Of a DNA stretch of 50,649 nt, positions 20,744 through 29,466 are shown in pieces. Under the pieces are notes generated by a model. It did not search any database and had not been told where the DNA came from. It worked only from the letters and a program-made list of their open reading frames with translations. Source of the stretch: Alphaproteobacteria bacterium (lineage in GTDB: Bacteria > Pseudomonadota > Alphaproteobacteria > Micropepsales > Micropepsaceae); NCBI GenBank assembly GCA_027492655.1, contig JAPUEF010000225.1, positions 1 through 50,649 of the forward strand, read 5' to 3'. Each line of letters starts with the position of its first letter. Position 1 is the stretch's first letter. The position numbers were made by a program, and so were the translations under genes.

Positions 20744-21712
20744 ATGGGTCGCCCCAGGGGCGCACCGCCGGCCGGCCTTTCGGGTCTGCACCACCTCGAG
20801 GCGTTCCTTGAGATGCTGGGCGCGGCGCGCGGCGCGGCCAGAAACACGCTCGACGCCTATCGCCGCGATCTGCTGGATCTGGCGGTGTTCCTGAAGCGGC
20901 GCGGTCGGGCGCTGGGCGAGATGCAGGAGGGCGACCTCACCGCCTATCTGGCCTCGCTGGAGGCGGCCGGGATGGCGCGCACGACGGCGCAGCGGCGTCT
21001 GTCAGCGATCAAGCAATTCTCGAAATTCGTATTGTCGGAGAACATCCGCCGCGACGATCCGACCTCGAAGCTGGATGCGCCCAAACGCGCGCGGCCGCTG
21101 CCCAAATCGATCGCGGAAGACGAGATGGGCCGTCTGCTCGTCTCGGTGCGGGGTGACGACAGCGTGAAGGGCGTCCGCTTCCGCGCGATGCTGGAGCTTG
21201 CCTGCGGGTCGGGTCTGCGCGTCTCGGAGCTGGTGGGCCTGCCGCTCGCGGCTGCGCCGCGTGTCGGACGGATGCTGTTCGTCACCGGCAAAGGCGGCAA
21301 AGATCGCATGGTGCCGATGAGCGAAGAGGCGCGCGCGGCGCTGGACGCCTGGCTGGGGGTACGCGAGGCGACGCTGAAACTGGACGTTCGGGGACGGCCT
21401 CTCCCATCGCGCTTCTTGTTTCCCTCGCCCGCCAGACAGGGGCATCGTACGCGCCAGCAATTCGCGCTGGACCTGAAAGAGGCGGCGCTGAATGCCGGGC
21501 TGGATCCGACACGGCTGTCGCCGCATACGCTGCGGCACGGCTTTGCGACCCAGCTGCTCAATCACGGCGCCGATCTGCGTTCGTTGCAGACCATGCTGGG
21601 TCACGCCGATATCGCGACGACGCAGATCTACACCCATGTCGTGGAGGACCGGCTGCGCGACACGGTGGAGAAGGCGCATCCGCTGGCGCGACGCGGGGTC
21701 TTGTCAGAGTAA
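20744..21712 (+). CDS. xerD: Tyrosine recombinase XerD
   Basis: NTLDAYRRDL, GLRVSEL, GKGGK, SPHTLRH and LGHADIATTQIYTH motifs; typical core position near aroK/accA. Confidence 0.9.
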   Translation: MGRPRGAPPAGLSGLHHLEAFLEMLGAARGAARNTLDAYRRDLLDLAVFLKRRGRALGEMQEGDLTAYLASLEAAGMARTTAQRRLSAIKQFSKFVLSENIRRDDPTSKLDAPKRARPLPKSIAEDEMGRLLVSVRGDDSVKGVRFRAMLELACGSGLRVSELVGLPLAAAPRVGRMLFVTGKGGKDRMVPMSEEARAALDAWLGVREATLKLDVRGRPLPSRFLFPSPARQGHRTRQQFALDLKEAALNAGLDPTRLSPHTLRHGFATQLLNHGADLRSLQTMLGHADIATTQIYTHVVEDRLRDTVEKAHPLARRGVLSE

Positions 21713-21748
21713 GTCGGGTTTCCCTAACTCTCCGGCAGGAGAGTCCCC

Positions 21749-23017
21749 ATGAATCAACCGACCTTCGCCTGCCCGCATTGCCAGGGCGAGATCAAACTGA
21801 CGGAATCGCTGGCCGGGCCGATGCTGGCCGATCTGGAGCAGCGCTTTCAGCGCGAGGCCGCGAAGAAAGACGCCGAGCTGGAAGGCGAGCGCGCCAGGCT
21901 GAAGCTCGAGGCCGACCGGCTGAAAGCCGCCAAAGCGGAAAGCGACAGGCTGGTGGCCGAGAAGCTGGCGGGCGAGCGCGAGAAGCTGCGCGCCGAGGCG
22001 GCCGCCAACGCCAGGGCGTTGCTCGCCGCCGATCTGGATGAGCAGAAGCGCAAGCTCGAACTGGCGAATGAGACGCTGAAGGACCGCGAGACGAAGCTGA
22101 AGGCGGCGCGCGAGCTGGAGGCGGCGCTGTTGAAGGAACGCAGCGCTATCGAGGACCAGCGGCAGGAACTTGAAGCGACGCTCCAGAAGCGGCTGGCGGA
22201 AGAGAAGGCTGCGATCCGGCAGGCGGCGCAGAAAGACGCGGAAGCGGCGCTGTCGTTGAAAGTGGCGGAGAAGGATATCCAGCTGCAGGCGATGGCGAAG
22301 CAGATCGACGATCTGAAGCGCCGCGCCGAGCAAGGCTCGCAGCAGCTTCAGGGCGAAGCGCAGGAGATCATGCTGGAGGAGCTGGTGCGCGCCAGCTTCC
22401 CGTTCGACGCGATGGAGCCGGTGGCGAAAGGCGAATTCGGCGGCGATATCATCCAGCGCGTGCGTTCGGCTGTCGGACAGGGCGCGGGCGCGATCCTGTG
22501 GGAATCCAAGCAGACGAAGAACTGGTCGGATGGCTGGTTGACCAAGCTGCGCGGCGACCAGTTGAAGGCGAAGGCCGAGGTCGCGATTCTGGTGACGCGC
22601 GCCTTGCCGAAGGATTTCGCCGCCGGGTTCGGGCAGATGGGCGAGATATGGGTGACGAACTACGAGTGCGCCGTGCCGCTGGCGCTGGCGCTGCGCCAGT
22701 CACTGCTGGAGGTGCAGAAGGCGCGGGCGGCGGGCGAGGGCGTGAAGGGCAAGGCCGAACTGACCTATGATTATCTGACGGGGCCGCGCTTCAAGCAGCG
22801 GGTCAGCGCCATCGTCGAGCATTTCTCGGTGATGAAGGGCGACCTCGACAAGGAGCGCAAGGCCATCATGAAAATGTGGGCCAAGCGTGAGCAGCAGATC
22901 GTGGCGGTGATCGATTCCACCGCCGGCATGTATGGCGATCTGGAAGCCATCGCCGGCCAGAAGCTGCAGGAGATCGATGCGCTCGATCTCGCGCAGCTTG
23001 AAGGGCCGGAGGACTGA
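21749..23017 (+). CDS. DUF2130 family coiled-coil protein with a putative PD-(D/E)xK-like C-terminal domain
   Basis: N-terminal CPHC, long E/K/A coiled coil, GSQQLQGEAQE, FPFD, GGD, ILWESKQTKNWSDGW. Confidence 0.85.
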   Translation: MNQPTFACPHCQGEIKLTESLAGPMLADLEQRFQREAAKKDAELEGERARLKLEADRLKAAKAESDRLVAEKLAGEREKLRAEAAANARALLAADLDEQKRKLELANETLKDRETKLKAARELEAALLKERSAIEDQRQELEATLQKRLAEEKAAIRQAAQKDAEAALSLKVAEKDIQLQAMAKQIDDLKRRAEQGSQQLQGEAQEIMLEELVRASFPFDAMEPVAKGEFGGDIIQRVRSAVGQGAGAILWESKQTKNWSDGWLTKLRGDQLKAKAEVAILVTRALPKDFAAGFGQMGEIWVTNYECAVPLALALRQSLLEVQKARAAGEGVKGKAELTYDYLTGPRFKQRVSAIVEHFSVMKGDLDKERKAIMKMWAKREQQIVAVIDSTAGMYGDLEAIAGQKLQEIDALDLAQLEGPED

Positions 23018-23020
23018 CGC

Positions 23021-23785
23021 CTATTGCGGCTCGGGCTGCACCGGCGATTCAATCTCGACGCTGGCGCAGAGCTGACAGAAATTGCCCTCGGCGACGAGCA
23101 GGATTTCCTGCTGTTCGACGAACGCGCCTTTGGTGCGGGCCCAGCTGTCGCGGAATTTCAGCGTCTGCGGCTTCATGCCCGGCGGCTGATAGACGCCCGA
23201 AATCTTGTAGCGGCCGACCGGCACTTCCAGGATCTTGCCGAAGTCCGGCGTGCGCGGCGCGCCGCCTTTGCGCACGATGGTCTGGCCCTGGCTGCCGTCG
23301 ATAAGCGGGCCGACAGGTTCCAGCGTGAAGGTGATGTTGTCGGGATCTTCGACGAAGAAATTATCGTAGCCGAGATTCACATAGACATAGCCGCCATACG
23401 AGCCCATGCCGGGCTGCGGCTTTTCGCCGGTGAGAACCCAGGTGAAGTTCCGCACCGCGCCGGTGGAATCGTCGAACGTGTCGGTGGAATCGGGCTTCAG
23501 ATCGAATTTGTAGACCTGATTTTCCCATTTGTAGCTGAGCGAGGCCTGCGCGAGATAGGCGCCCGGCATCAGGCGGATGCGGAACGCGCCGTCCTCCTTG
23601 GTGGTGAACTGCATATTCTGGTCGAGCACGCCGTCGATGAAGATGAACGCGCCGGGAATGGGCGCGCCGGCGGCGGTTTTGACCGTGCCCGTCACCCAGC
23701 CGGGCTCTGCCGCGTCCTGCGCCGCCGCCAGTCCCGTCATCATCATGGCCGCTGCGGCGGCCATGCTCTTCATCTTGCCGATCAT
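23021..23785 (-). CDS. Exported protein with a carboxypeptidase-regulatory-like (transthyretin-fold) domain
   Basis: Signal peptide; VTGTV....G.PIPGA.I...T.EDG.FRI.L.PG.Y; GAGGGAG RBS. Confidence 0.75.
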   Translation of the reverse strand: MIGKMKSMAAAAAMMMTGLAAAQDAAEPGWVTGTVKTAAGAPIPGAFIFIDGVLDQNMQFTTKEDGAFRIRLMPGAYLAQASLSYKWENQVYKFDLKPDSTDTFDDSTGAVRNFTWVLTGEKPQPGMGSYGGYVYVNLGYDNFFVEDPDNITFTLEPVGPLIDGSQGQTIVRKGGAPRTPDFGKILEVPVGRYKISGVYQPPGMKPQTLKFRDSWARTKGAFVEQQEILLVAEGNFCQLCASVEIESPVQPEPQ

Positions 23786-23863
23786 TTCAGTCTCCCTCGT
23801 GCGGGCGGCTTGAACCACGTCGCCCGCCATGCCGGCTGTGCCCTGGATCACATAAAAATGTGA

Positions 23864-24832
23864 TCAGGCGGGCGGTTTGCGGTCGCCCGTGAAGCCGAAC
23901 GGGTTGCGGAAATCCGGCTCGTACACAGTCTCGGGTGCGGCGCGGACGGCTTCGTCGATCGCGTGGGCGTCGTCGCCCACCAGGATGCGCCAACGGCCTG
24001 CCTTCACCGCGTCCAGGATGACGGTCGCCGCTGCGGCGGCGGTCATCGGGGCGTCGTCCTGGAAGCGGCGGCCCATATCGGCGATCAGCGCCGCGATCTG
24101 TTCGTCGCTGAACGGCGCGGGGTCGATGCCTTGCGCCTTCATGCGGGCGCGGGCGCTGGCGAGTTCGGGCGCTGTGATGTTGTCGTCGCCCTCCTTCAGC
24201 ACGGAGCGGGTGTTCATCGCGATGGCGGTGCCGATATGGCCGGGCATGACGACAGAGCAGGTGACGTGCGGGGCGTTTAAACGCAGATCGGTGATGAGCG
24301 CTTCCGTGAAGCCTTTCACCGCGAACTTGGCGGCGGAATAGGCAGTGTGCGGCGTGGTGGGGCCGATGCTGGCCCAGAAGCCGTTGACGGAGGAGGTGTT
24401 CGTGATGTGGGCGCGGTCGGCCTTCAGCAGCATGGGCAGGAAGGCACGGGTGGTCCAGTAAACGCCGCCCCAGCAGATGTTGAAGGTGCGCTCCCATTCG
24501 GCGCGCTCGGCCTGCACGAAGCTGCCGCCGCCGCCGATACCGGCATTGTTGAAGAGGAAGTGGATGCGGTCGGTCTGAAGCTGGTCGGCGACCTCGCGCT
24601 GGAAACGCTGGATGTCTTCTTCCTTGCCGATGTCGCAGATATGGGCGGTGATGCGCGTGCCCTGAGGCAATCCGGCGGCCTCCGCCAGACGTTTGGTTTC
24701 GGCCATGGTGGCGGCGTTCACGTCGCACATCGCGACGGTGCAGCCCTCGGCGGCCAGCTGGCGGACCAGTTCGCGCCCCATGCCCGTGCCGCCACCCGTG
24801 ACGACGGCGATCTTCCCGGCGAAATCCAGCAT
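23864..24832 (-). CDS. Short-chain dehydrogenase/reductase
   Basis: Start MLDFAGK after GGGAGAG; TGGGTGMG, NNAG and YSAAK motifs. Confidence 0.92.
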   Translation of the reverse strand: MLDFAGKIAVVTGGGTGMGRELVRQLAAEGCTVAMCDVNAATMAETKRLAEAAGLPQGTRITAHICDIGKEEDIQRFQREVADQLQTDRIHFLFNNAGIGGGGSFVQAERAEWERTFNICWGGVYWTTRAFLPMLLKADRAHITNTSSVNGFWASIGPTTPHTAYSAAKFAVKGFTEALITDLRLNAPHVTCSVVMPGHIGTAIAMNTRSVLKEGDDNITAPELASARARMKAQGIDPAPFSDEQIAALIADMGRRFQDDAPMTAAAAATVILDAVKAGRWRILVGDDAHAIDEAVRAAPETVYEPDFRNPFGFTGDRKPPA

Positions 24833-24943
24833 GTGTCTCTCCCGATAGTTCTGAGTTTTGTGAGACGACTGAACCGCATGGGGTTGGCGGCGTCCATTGC
24901 TGACGTAAGGGCAAACTTGCGTGTCTCGCGCCCGGGGGCATAT

Positions 24944-24958
24944 TGCTGCGACGCAAAA
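24944..24958 (+). promoter_or_regulatory. Putative PhaR/AniA operator next to the predicted mcl -10 element
   Basis: TGCTGCGACGCAAAA (core TGC-N3-GCA), immediately after CTTGCG-N17-CATATT. Confidence 0.45.
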
Positions 24959-24976
24959 TTGCCGGGAGCGCTGCCC

Positions 24977-25966
24977 ATGAGCTTCACCACTGTCGAGCGC
25001 GAAGCCGCGCCGCTCTATCGCTCCAAGCTGTTTCTGCCGGGCTCGCAGATCAAATTCTTCGAGAAGGCCGCCAAAGGGCCTGCGGACGTGGTGTGCCTCG
25101 ATCTGGAAGATGCGGTCGCGCCCGCCGACAAGGTGCAGGCGCGCACCAATGTCGTGCGCGCGCTGAACGAGGTCGATTTCGGCGACAAGATCGTCACCGT
25201 GCGCGTGAATGGGCTGGATACCCATCTCGCCTATCGCGACATCATCGACCTGGTGGAGCTGGGCGGCGAGCGGCTGGACGCCATCATGATCCCCAAGGTC
25301 GGCGTGGCGGCGGACCTTTATGCCGTCGATATGCTGATCACCCAGGCCTCGAAGGCGGTGGGGCGCAAGAAGCGCATCAAGCTGGAGGTGATCCTCGAAA
25401 CGGCGCTGGGCATGACGAATATCGACGCGATCTGCGGCGCCTCGAAGCGTCTGGAAAGCGTGCATTTCGGCTCGGCCGACTACGCGGCCTCGGCGGGCAT
25501 GCGCACGACCAATATCGGCGGCGGCAATGCGGATTACGTGATGCTGACCGACAAGGACGCGGCCGGCGAACGGCAGCGTCACTGGAACGATCTCTGGCAC
25601 TATCCGCTGATCCGCATGGTGGCGGCGGCGCGCGCGCATGGCATCACGCCGATCGACGGGCCGTTCGGCGACTACAACGATCCCGATGGTTTCCGCGCGC
25701 AGGCGAACCGCACCGCGATCCTCGGCTGCGAGGGCAAGTGGGCGATCCATCCCAACCAGGTGCCGCTGGCGAACGAGGTGTTCACGCCGCCCGACGCCGA
25801 GGTGGAGAAGGCCAAGGCCATTCTCGCCGCGATGGCTGAGGCGCAATCCTCCGGCGCGGGCGCCGCGACCTATAAAGGCGTGCTGATCGACGCCGCCTCG
25901 ATCCGTCAGGCCGAGGTGATCGTGAAGCAGGCCGAAGTGATCGCCGCGCGAACGCCTGCAGCTTAA
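24977..25966 (+). CDS. mcl: L-malyl-CoA/beta-methylmalyl-CoA lyase (CitE-like)
   Basis: LDLEDAVAP, RVNGLDTH..YRD, ETALG, FG.ADYAAS, PIDGPFGD and EGKWAIHP motifs. Confidence 0.88.
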   Translation: MSFTTVEREAAPLYRSKLFLPGSQIKFFEKAAKGPADVVCLDLEDAVAPADKVQARTNVVRALNEVDFGDKIVTVRVNGLDTHLAYRDIIDLVELGGERLDAIMIPKVGVAADLYAVDMLITQASKAVGRKKRIKLEVILETALGMTNIDAICGASKRLESVHFGSADYAASAGMRTTNIGGGNADYVMLTDKDAAGERQRHWNDLWHYPLIRMVAAARAHGITPIDGPFGDYNDPDGFRAQANRTAILGCEGKWAIHPNQVPLANEVFTPPDAEVEKAKAILAAMAEAQSSGAGAATYKGVLIDAASIRQAEVIVKQAEVIAARTPAA

Positions 25967-25981
25967 GAACGCGGCGGCAGA

Positions 25982-26464
25982 CTATTTGCTGCCGCCGAGT
26001 ATTTCTTCCCAAGAGTAATTGTAGGTTTCGTCGCATTTGAGCCGCGACGGGTCGGATATGGCTATGCGACTGTAAATCGCCGCGTCGCGCTCATCACCCG
26101 AAAGGGCTGAGCCATTCAGCATGAAGATCGGCACATCCTCCGATCCGAATGCTTTGCCATAGGCCATGTAGGCGATGGGATCGCCGTTCATACGGTGGAC
26201 GCGGACGCCATTGCCTTCGTAAACCTGCTTGCCTTTCTGGTCCCGGCGAAAGATTTCACTCTCGCCGATTTCATATTCGCCAGATGGCCCGCTGATCGAG
26301 ACAGTGATAGCCTCGGCACCGGCCCCGTGGCCGTCCGTCGCTTCGCCGGGCGCCAGACGGAAGCTGCTGTACTTGAAGCAGATCAGTTTCTGATTTTCCG
26401 ATGCGGCGCTGGCTTGTGCGACCTGCACAAGGCAAATGGCCAATACAAGGAATACCGTTCGCAT
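25982..26464 (-). CDS. Exported hypothetical protein
   Basis: MRTVFLVLAICLVQVAQASA signal peptide; visibly more AT-rich than its neighbours. Confidence 0.65.
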   Translation of the reverse strand: MRTVFLVLAICLVQVAQASAASENQKLICFKYSSFRLAPGEATDGHGAGAEAITVSISGPSGEYEIGESEIFRRDQKGKQVYEGNGVRVHRMNGDPIAYMAYGKAFGSEDVPIFMLNGSALSGDERDAAIYSRIAISDPSRLKCDETYNYSWEEILGGSK

Positions 26465-26517
26465 CGCGCGAGTTTGCCTCATCGGCGGCTTTTCGCAACA
26501 TGGTTGGATCAGGAACG

Positions 26518-27438
26518 TCACGTGTTCGTTGGCGTCGGTTTTCCTCGCGTGACATGGGGCAATCCGGTCAACGCCGCCTTCGCCCGTTCCAGCTTGTCGG
26601 GATTGCGGATGATGAAGAGGCGCGCGATGCGGCCGTTCTCGATGTCGGCGGTGTAGATGGTGCTCAGCCCCTCCGCCGTCTCGATGGCGAGGCCGTATTG
26701 GCCGTTGACGCTGACCGGGAAGCTGCGGCCCGGCACCCCGGCATATTTGCGCGCGACGTTCATCAGCACCTGAACGGCGTCGTCTGGTCCGACCAGTGGG
26801 CGCAAAGCGGCGCGCGCCTTGCCGCCGCCGTCGGAATAGACGATCGCGTCCTCGGTCAGCAGCGTCTTCATCTGAGCGGCGTCGCCGGCGAAGGCCGCGG
26901 CCATGAAGGCGCTTACGATACGCTGTTGCTGCGCGCGGTCGGTCTCGAAGCGCGGGCGGCCGGAGCGCACGCGCTCGCGGGCGCGGCTGACCAGTTTGCG
27001 GCAGGCGACTTCGGACTTGTTCAGCGCGACGGCGATCTCGTCATAGCCGCAGTCGAAGGCGTCGTGCAGGATGAAGGCGGCACGCTCGTCGGGCGACAGG
27101 CGCTCCAGCACATGCAGGAAGCCGAGGCTGACGCGCTCGGCGCGCGCGGCGTCGTTGTCCTCATCGTCCTCGAACGGCGTCACTTCCGGTTCAGGCAGCC
27201 AGGGGCCGATATAGTCTTCGCGGCGGGCTTTGGCCTTGCGCAGCGCATCGATGGCCAGGCGCGAGGCAGCACGGGTGAGCCAGGCGGCGGGATTGTTGAT
27301 CGTGCTCGTGTCGGTCTTCGACCAGCGCAGCCAGGTTTCCTGCACCACGTCTTCGGCCGCGCCGCGCTCGCCCAGCATGCGATAAGCGAGGCGGGTGAGG
27401 CGTGGGCGCTCGGCCTCGAAGGCGGCCTCCGGCGTCAT
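26518..27438 (-). CDS. sigJ: ECF41 sigma factor (SigJ-like) with C-terminal SnoaL-like extension
   Basis: AEDVVQE, YIGPWLPEP linker, DGGGK and RNPDKL signatures. Confidence 0.93.
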   Translation of the reverse strand: MTPEAAFEAERPRLTRLAYRMLGERGAAEDVVQETWLRWSKTDTSTINNPAAWLTRAASRLAIDALRKAKARREDYIGPWLPEPEVTPFEDDEDNDAARAERVSLGFLHVLERLSPDERAAFILHDAFDCGYDEIAVALNKSEVACRKLVSRARERVRSGRPRFETDRAQQQRIVSAFMAAAFAGDAAQMKTLLTEDAIVYSDGGGKARAALRPLVGPDDAVQVLMNVARKYAGVPGRSFPVSVNGQYGLAIETAEGLSTIYTADIENGRIARLFIIRNPDKLERAKAALTGLPHVTRGKPTPTNT

Positions 27439-27439
27439 C

Positions 27440-27991
27440 TCAGGCGGCCTTGCCCAGCGCAGGTTTGAGTACGGGTACCTGGGCGTCGCCGACCCGAACG
27501 CGCCGACATTCCTTCGCGTGCCCCATCGCGCGTTTCAGGACCGGGAAATTGCGCGAGGCCATGGCGGTGAGCGAAATCGCGATCATGCCTTTCCGGCCCC
27601 AACGGGCGGCTACCTCGTCGCGCAGGGCGTCGAGATTTTCGGCGTCCGCCAGCAGCGCGCGGGCGAAATCCAGCGCGATCCTTGCCGGTGCGTTCGCCGC
27701 CTCGCCCGTCAGAAGTTCGGTCAGCAAGGCCGGATCGACGCCGTCTTCCAGAGCCATGTCGGTGACGATCTGGACACAGGGGCCGCAATCTTCGTGCAGT
27801 GCGCCGCCCAGCGCCGCCGCGTGGAAGATCTCCGGCGGCAGGTCGGCTTTCCATTTTCCCGCAGCCTGCATCTTCATGAAGCGCCGGGCTGCCTCCGGGG
27901 CCGCGTCCACCACCTCGTGCAGATAGGTCGCGTCATAGGCATAGCGCCGCTCCATACGGGCGATCATACGATGATAGAGCCAGGTCAGCAT
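27440..27991 (-). CDS. AhpD/carboxymuconolactone decarboxylase-like protein with CxxC
   Basis: HEDCGPCVQ motif in a helical protein; next to an ECF41 sigma factor. Confidence 0.75.
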   Translation of the reverse strand: MLTWLYHRMIARMERRYAYDATYLHEVVDAAPEAARRFMKMQAAGKWKADLPPEIFHAAALGGALHEDCGPCVQIVTDMALEDGVDPALLTELLTGEAANAPARIALDFARALLADAENLDALRDEVAARWGRKGMIAISLTAMASRNFPVLKRAMGHAKECRRVRVGDAQVPVLKPALGKAA

Positions 27992-28386
27992 CCGGCGCTC
28001 CTTTCCTGCCTGAAGGCGATGAAGGCGATCAGCGCGCCGAGCAGGCTGGTGGCGATGACGCCGGCAAGATCTGTGAAAAGGGCGAGGCCCTCCGGCACGT
28101 GATGGCCGAGGCCGACAATGTGGAAGATGCCATGGAGGGCCGGCCACAGTGCGCCCATGATCACCCAGGCGGCCCCCGCCTGCGGGCGTAGCGCCCAGAC
28201 GCCGAGACCGACCGCGGCGGTCAGGAAGGCGAAGCCGATATCGGGAACGAAATGACCGTTGAACGGGCCGGTATGTTCGATCCCGGGCACGCTGGCGTAC
28301 CACCCGGCCGGATCGAGAACCATTTTGAGGCCGTTAAGTCCATGAAATGCCGCCAAAATTCCGGCCAATGCGCGCCATATGATCAT
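27985..28386 (-). CDS. Four-TM membrane protein
   Basis: P..WY..VPG...TGPFN.HF..DIG and H...H motifs; AAGGAG RBS. Confidence 0.8.
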   Translation of the reverse strand: MIIWRALAGILAAFHGLNGLKMVLDPAGWYASVPGIEHTGPFNGHFVPDIGFAFLTAAVGLGVWALRPQAGAAWVIMGALWPALHGIFHIVGLGHHVPEGLALFTDLAGVIATSLLGALIAFIAFRQERSAGC

Positions 28387-28410
28387 CCCTGCGTCTCCTT
28401 TCGCCCTGTA

Positions 28411-28436
28411 GACGGGCGGCACGGGAATTTGTGACA
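28411..28436 (-). promoter_or_regulatory. ECF41-dependent promoter
   Basis: Minus strand reads TGTCACA-N15-CGTC, close to the ECF41 consensus TGTCACA-N16-CGTC, upstream of the three-gene sigJ operon. Confidence 0.75.
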
Positions 28437-28506
28437 GGCGAAATCGTTAACGCCATCACCTTCGACGGAATTGACAGGGGGCGGCGGCTGCGCCCATCTC
28501 CCACCC

Positions 28507-29466
28507 ATGAGCACCTATCTCGAATTCGAGAAGCCGATCGCCGAGCTGGAAACCAAAGTCGCCGAGCTGCGTAAGCTCGGCGAGGCGACGCCCGGCATGA
28601 ACGTGGCGGACGAAGCCTCGAAGCTGGAGGCCCGCGCCGCCCAGCTTCTGAAGGAGACCTACGCCAAGCTGACGGCCTGGCAGAAAACACAGGTCGCCCG
28701 GCACGGAGATCGTCCGCATTTCGTGGATTATGTGCGCGGCTTCGTCGAGGAATTCACGCCGCTGGCCGGCGATCGCGGCTTCGGCGACGACAACGCCATC
28801 GTCACCGGGCTCGGCCGGTTCCGGGGGCGTCCGGTCGCGGTGATCGGGCACGAGAAGGGCAACGACACCAAGTCGCGGCTGAAGCACAATTTCGGCATGG
28901 CGACGCCTGAGGGCTATCGCAAGGCGATCCGCATCATGGATATGGCCGACCGCTTCGGCCTGCCGGTGATCTCGTTGGTCGATACGCCCGGCGCCTATCC
29001 GGGCCTCGTCTCGGAAGAACGCGGCGTGGCGGAAGCGATCGCGCGCTCGACCGATCGCTGCCTGTCGCTGACCGTGCCGATGACGGCGGTGATCATCGGC
29101 GAGGGCGGCTCGGGCGGCGCGGTCGCCATCGCGTCGGCCGACACGGTTCTGATGCTCGAGAATTCTGTCTATTCGGTGATCACCCCGGAAGGCTGCGCCT
29201 CGATCCTGTGGCGTTCGGCTGAAAAAGCCGCCGATGCCGCCAACGCCATGAAGGTGACGGCGCAGGATCTTCTGGCGCTGAAAGTGGTCGACAAGGTGAT
29301 TGCGGAGCCGCTGGGCGGCGCGCATCGCGATCCGCAGGCCACGGTGCAGGCGGTGGGCGACGCCATCGCCGAGGCGCTGGCGGCGCAGGCCGGCAAGGAC
29401 GGCGAGACGCTGAAGCGCGAACGCCGCGAGAAATTCCTGCGTATCGGGCGAAGCCTCGCGGCGTGA
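28507..29466 (+). CDS. accA: Acetyl-CoA carboxylase carboxyltransferase alpha subunit
   Basis: [23 protein letters not shown] and GEGGSGGA motifs. Confidence 0.97.
   Translation: MSTYLEFEKPIAELETKVAELRKLGEATPGMNVADEASKLEARAAQLLKETYAKLTAWQKTQVARHGDRPHFVDYVRGFVEEFTPLAGDRGFGDDNAIVTGLGRFRGRPVAVIGHEKGNDTKSRLKHNFGMATPEGYRKAIRIMDMADRFGLPVISLVDTPGAYPGLVSEERGVAEAIARSTDRCLSLTVPMTAVIIGEGGSGGAVAIASADTVLMLENSVYSVITPEGCASILWRSAEKAADAANAMKVTAQDLLALKVVDKVIAEPLGGAHRDPQATVQAVGDAIAEALAAQAGKDGETLKRERREKFLRIGRSLAA

Noticed and set aside
20744-21712. Tyrosine recombinase as a phage or island integrase
   Set aside because: Sequence and context match housekeeping XerD; no att repeats, tRNA or phage genes were seen.
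23864-25966. Apparent long overlap of the 660-aa and 539-aa ORFs
   Set aside because: The true starts (24832 minus, 24977 plus) give two ordinary divergent genes.
24977-29466. mcl + accA + scpA as a 3-hydroxypropionate carbon-fixation signature
   Set aside because: No malonyl-CoA reductase or propionyl-CoA synthase is present; all three genes have common heterotrophic roles.
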